From NCBI RefSeq assembly GCF_009914755.1, contig NC_060928.1: a stretch of DNA of 64,000 bases; one strand, written 5' to 3'. A program made the translations under genes and the position numbers. The stretch comes from the human T2T-CHM13v2.0 reference genome, Homo sapiens. This document shows, piece after piece, positions 62,500-64,000 of this stretch. The notes beneath the pieces were generated by a model that saw only the letters and a list, made by a program, of their open reading frames with translations, made no database searches and was not told the origin of the DNA. The first letter of the stretch is position 1. Each line of letters begins with the position of its first letter.

Positions 62500-64000
62500 C
62501 AGACATTTTTCAAAAAAAGACATAAAAGCAGCCAAGAAACATGTGAAAAAAATGTTAAACATCACTGGTCATCATAGAAATGCAAATTAAAATCACAATG
62601 GGATATCATCTTACACCAGTGAGAATAGCTAGCCTAAAAACAGATGTTACAAAGGCTATGGAGAGAAGGGAATGCTTATACACTGTATGAATGTGAATTA
62701 GTACAGTCTTTATGGAAAACAATATGAAGATTTTGCAAAGAACTAGAAATGGAACTACCATTCAATCCAGAAATATCACTACTGGGTATGTAACTGAAGG
62801 GAATTAAATCATTTTATCGGAAAAGGACCTGTACTCATATGTTTATCACAGCACTATTCAAAATAGCAAAGATTTGGAATCAACCAAAGTGTCTATCAAT
62901 GGAAGATTGGATAAAGAAAATGTGGTGTGTTTTCTTTATATTGAATACACACACACACACATCATGGAATACTACTCAGCTATAAAAAGAGAATGAAATT
63001 ATGTCTTTTGCAGCAACTTAGATGGAGCTAAAGATCATTATCCTAAATGAAGTAATTAAGAACTAGAAAGTCAAATACCACATCTTCCCACTTACAAGCA
63101 AGACCTAAACAATGGGTACACATTGACATACAGAATGGAATAACAGATAACAGACACTAGAGACTACAAATATGGAGAGGTGGGAGGGGGTAAAGGTTAA
63201 ATATTACCTATTGGATATAATGTTCACTATTTGGGTGATTATTACACCAAAAACCTAGATTTCACCACTGCGCGATATATGCATGTAAGAAGCCTGAACT
63301 TGTACTCCCTAAATATATAGAAATATATTACCAAATAAAATTAAAAACAAAATAAAATCAAAGGAGGCTAATGGAAAGATCCACATTGACTTTACAACTT
63401 GTGTTTATCAATGCTGTAGAATAAAAGAATGCAACTGCTTTTTGAAAATGAACTTAAAACCTGCAGAGGTTTAGAAACAGATAGTTGACAAATTGGCATC
63501 AGGAAAAATGACTCTGAAAATGTTTTAGGAAATTTTTTTCCAGAATAGTTACTTAGACGTTTACTTTGACCAGAGGTGCAGCAGGTCATAACAAAGACAA
63601 TTGCAGCCAAGCCTCCCGGGTTTCCTTCCTCTGTCGTCACAATTTGCACCCTGCTGAATGAAATGTCAATCCACTGAACCATGTCAGGGCAATGAGCATA
63701 ATGATAGGAACTCAGTGGTATAAATGAGGTTAATAACTGGTGAGAAAGCAAAGCTTTTTTCCTAGATCCTCTGCATTTTCTTCTCTGCGCAGTGTAGCTC
63801 TTTAGAAATATTGCCTGTCCGTGGAGAGCTAATAGCTCTCGTCATAAAGCTAATACACTGTGCTTCAGTCGTCTTAGAACTCATTTCTGAAGTCACAGTA
63901 ATCTGCCTTTCCTCTACTATGTTTTGTTTTTACTCTTGAAAGCTTTTCTTATTTCCCAAGACTTCAAGCTGAGTGTAAAGCTTTTCTCCTGCTTCTTATG

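Larger units (their letters stand above)
53652..63345 (+). mobile_element. Old L1 (L1PB/L1MA-class), 5'-truncated, split into 53652-54995 and 62500-63345
   Basis: Degenerate sense ORF2 in the left part; ORF2 end and 3' UTR ('ttacctattggatataatgttcactatttgggtga...cttgtactccctaaatatata') in the right part. Confidence 0.85.

Noticed and set aside
63392-63751. 119-aa minus-strand ORF
   Set aside because: Non-ATG start, no recognisable domain and no splice evidence.

Overview
AT-rich, apparently gene-free primate (hominoid, human-like) nuclear DNA dominated by interspersed repeats: young L1PA elements, older L1s, Alus, ERV1/ERVK/ERVL/MaLR LTRs, MIR, L2 and MER20. I could not support any host protein-coding exon. 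The long ORFs are all L1 ORF1/ORF2 remnants or repeat read-throughs. The most unusual observation concerns two independently inserted, same-strand L1PA elements (7618-11460 and 30013-36189, about 24.7 kb apart), each with its own target-site duplication (TSD). They share about 12 non-consensus, non-CpG changes across a 2.4 kb stretch of ORF2, including two identical premature stop codons, and half of these changes are C>G transversions. They still differ at ordinary subfamily-diagnostic positions interleaved in the same stretch. The two shared stops bracket an identical 430-codon reverse-transcriptase ORF. Other structure includes two twin-primed L1 inversions, two multi-level nested insertions, a degenerate two-LTR ERVL provirus and small templated-insertion scars. 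Subfamily names and consensus comparisons are from recalled consensus sequences and were not computed.
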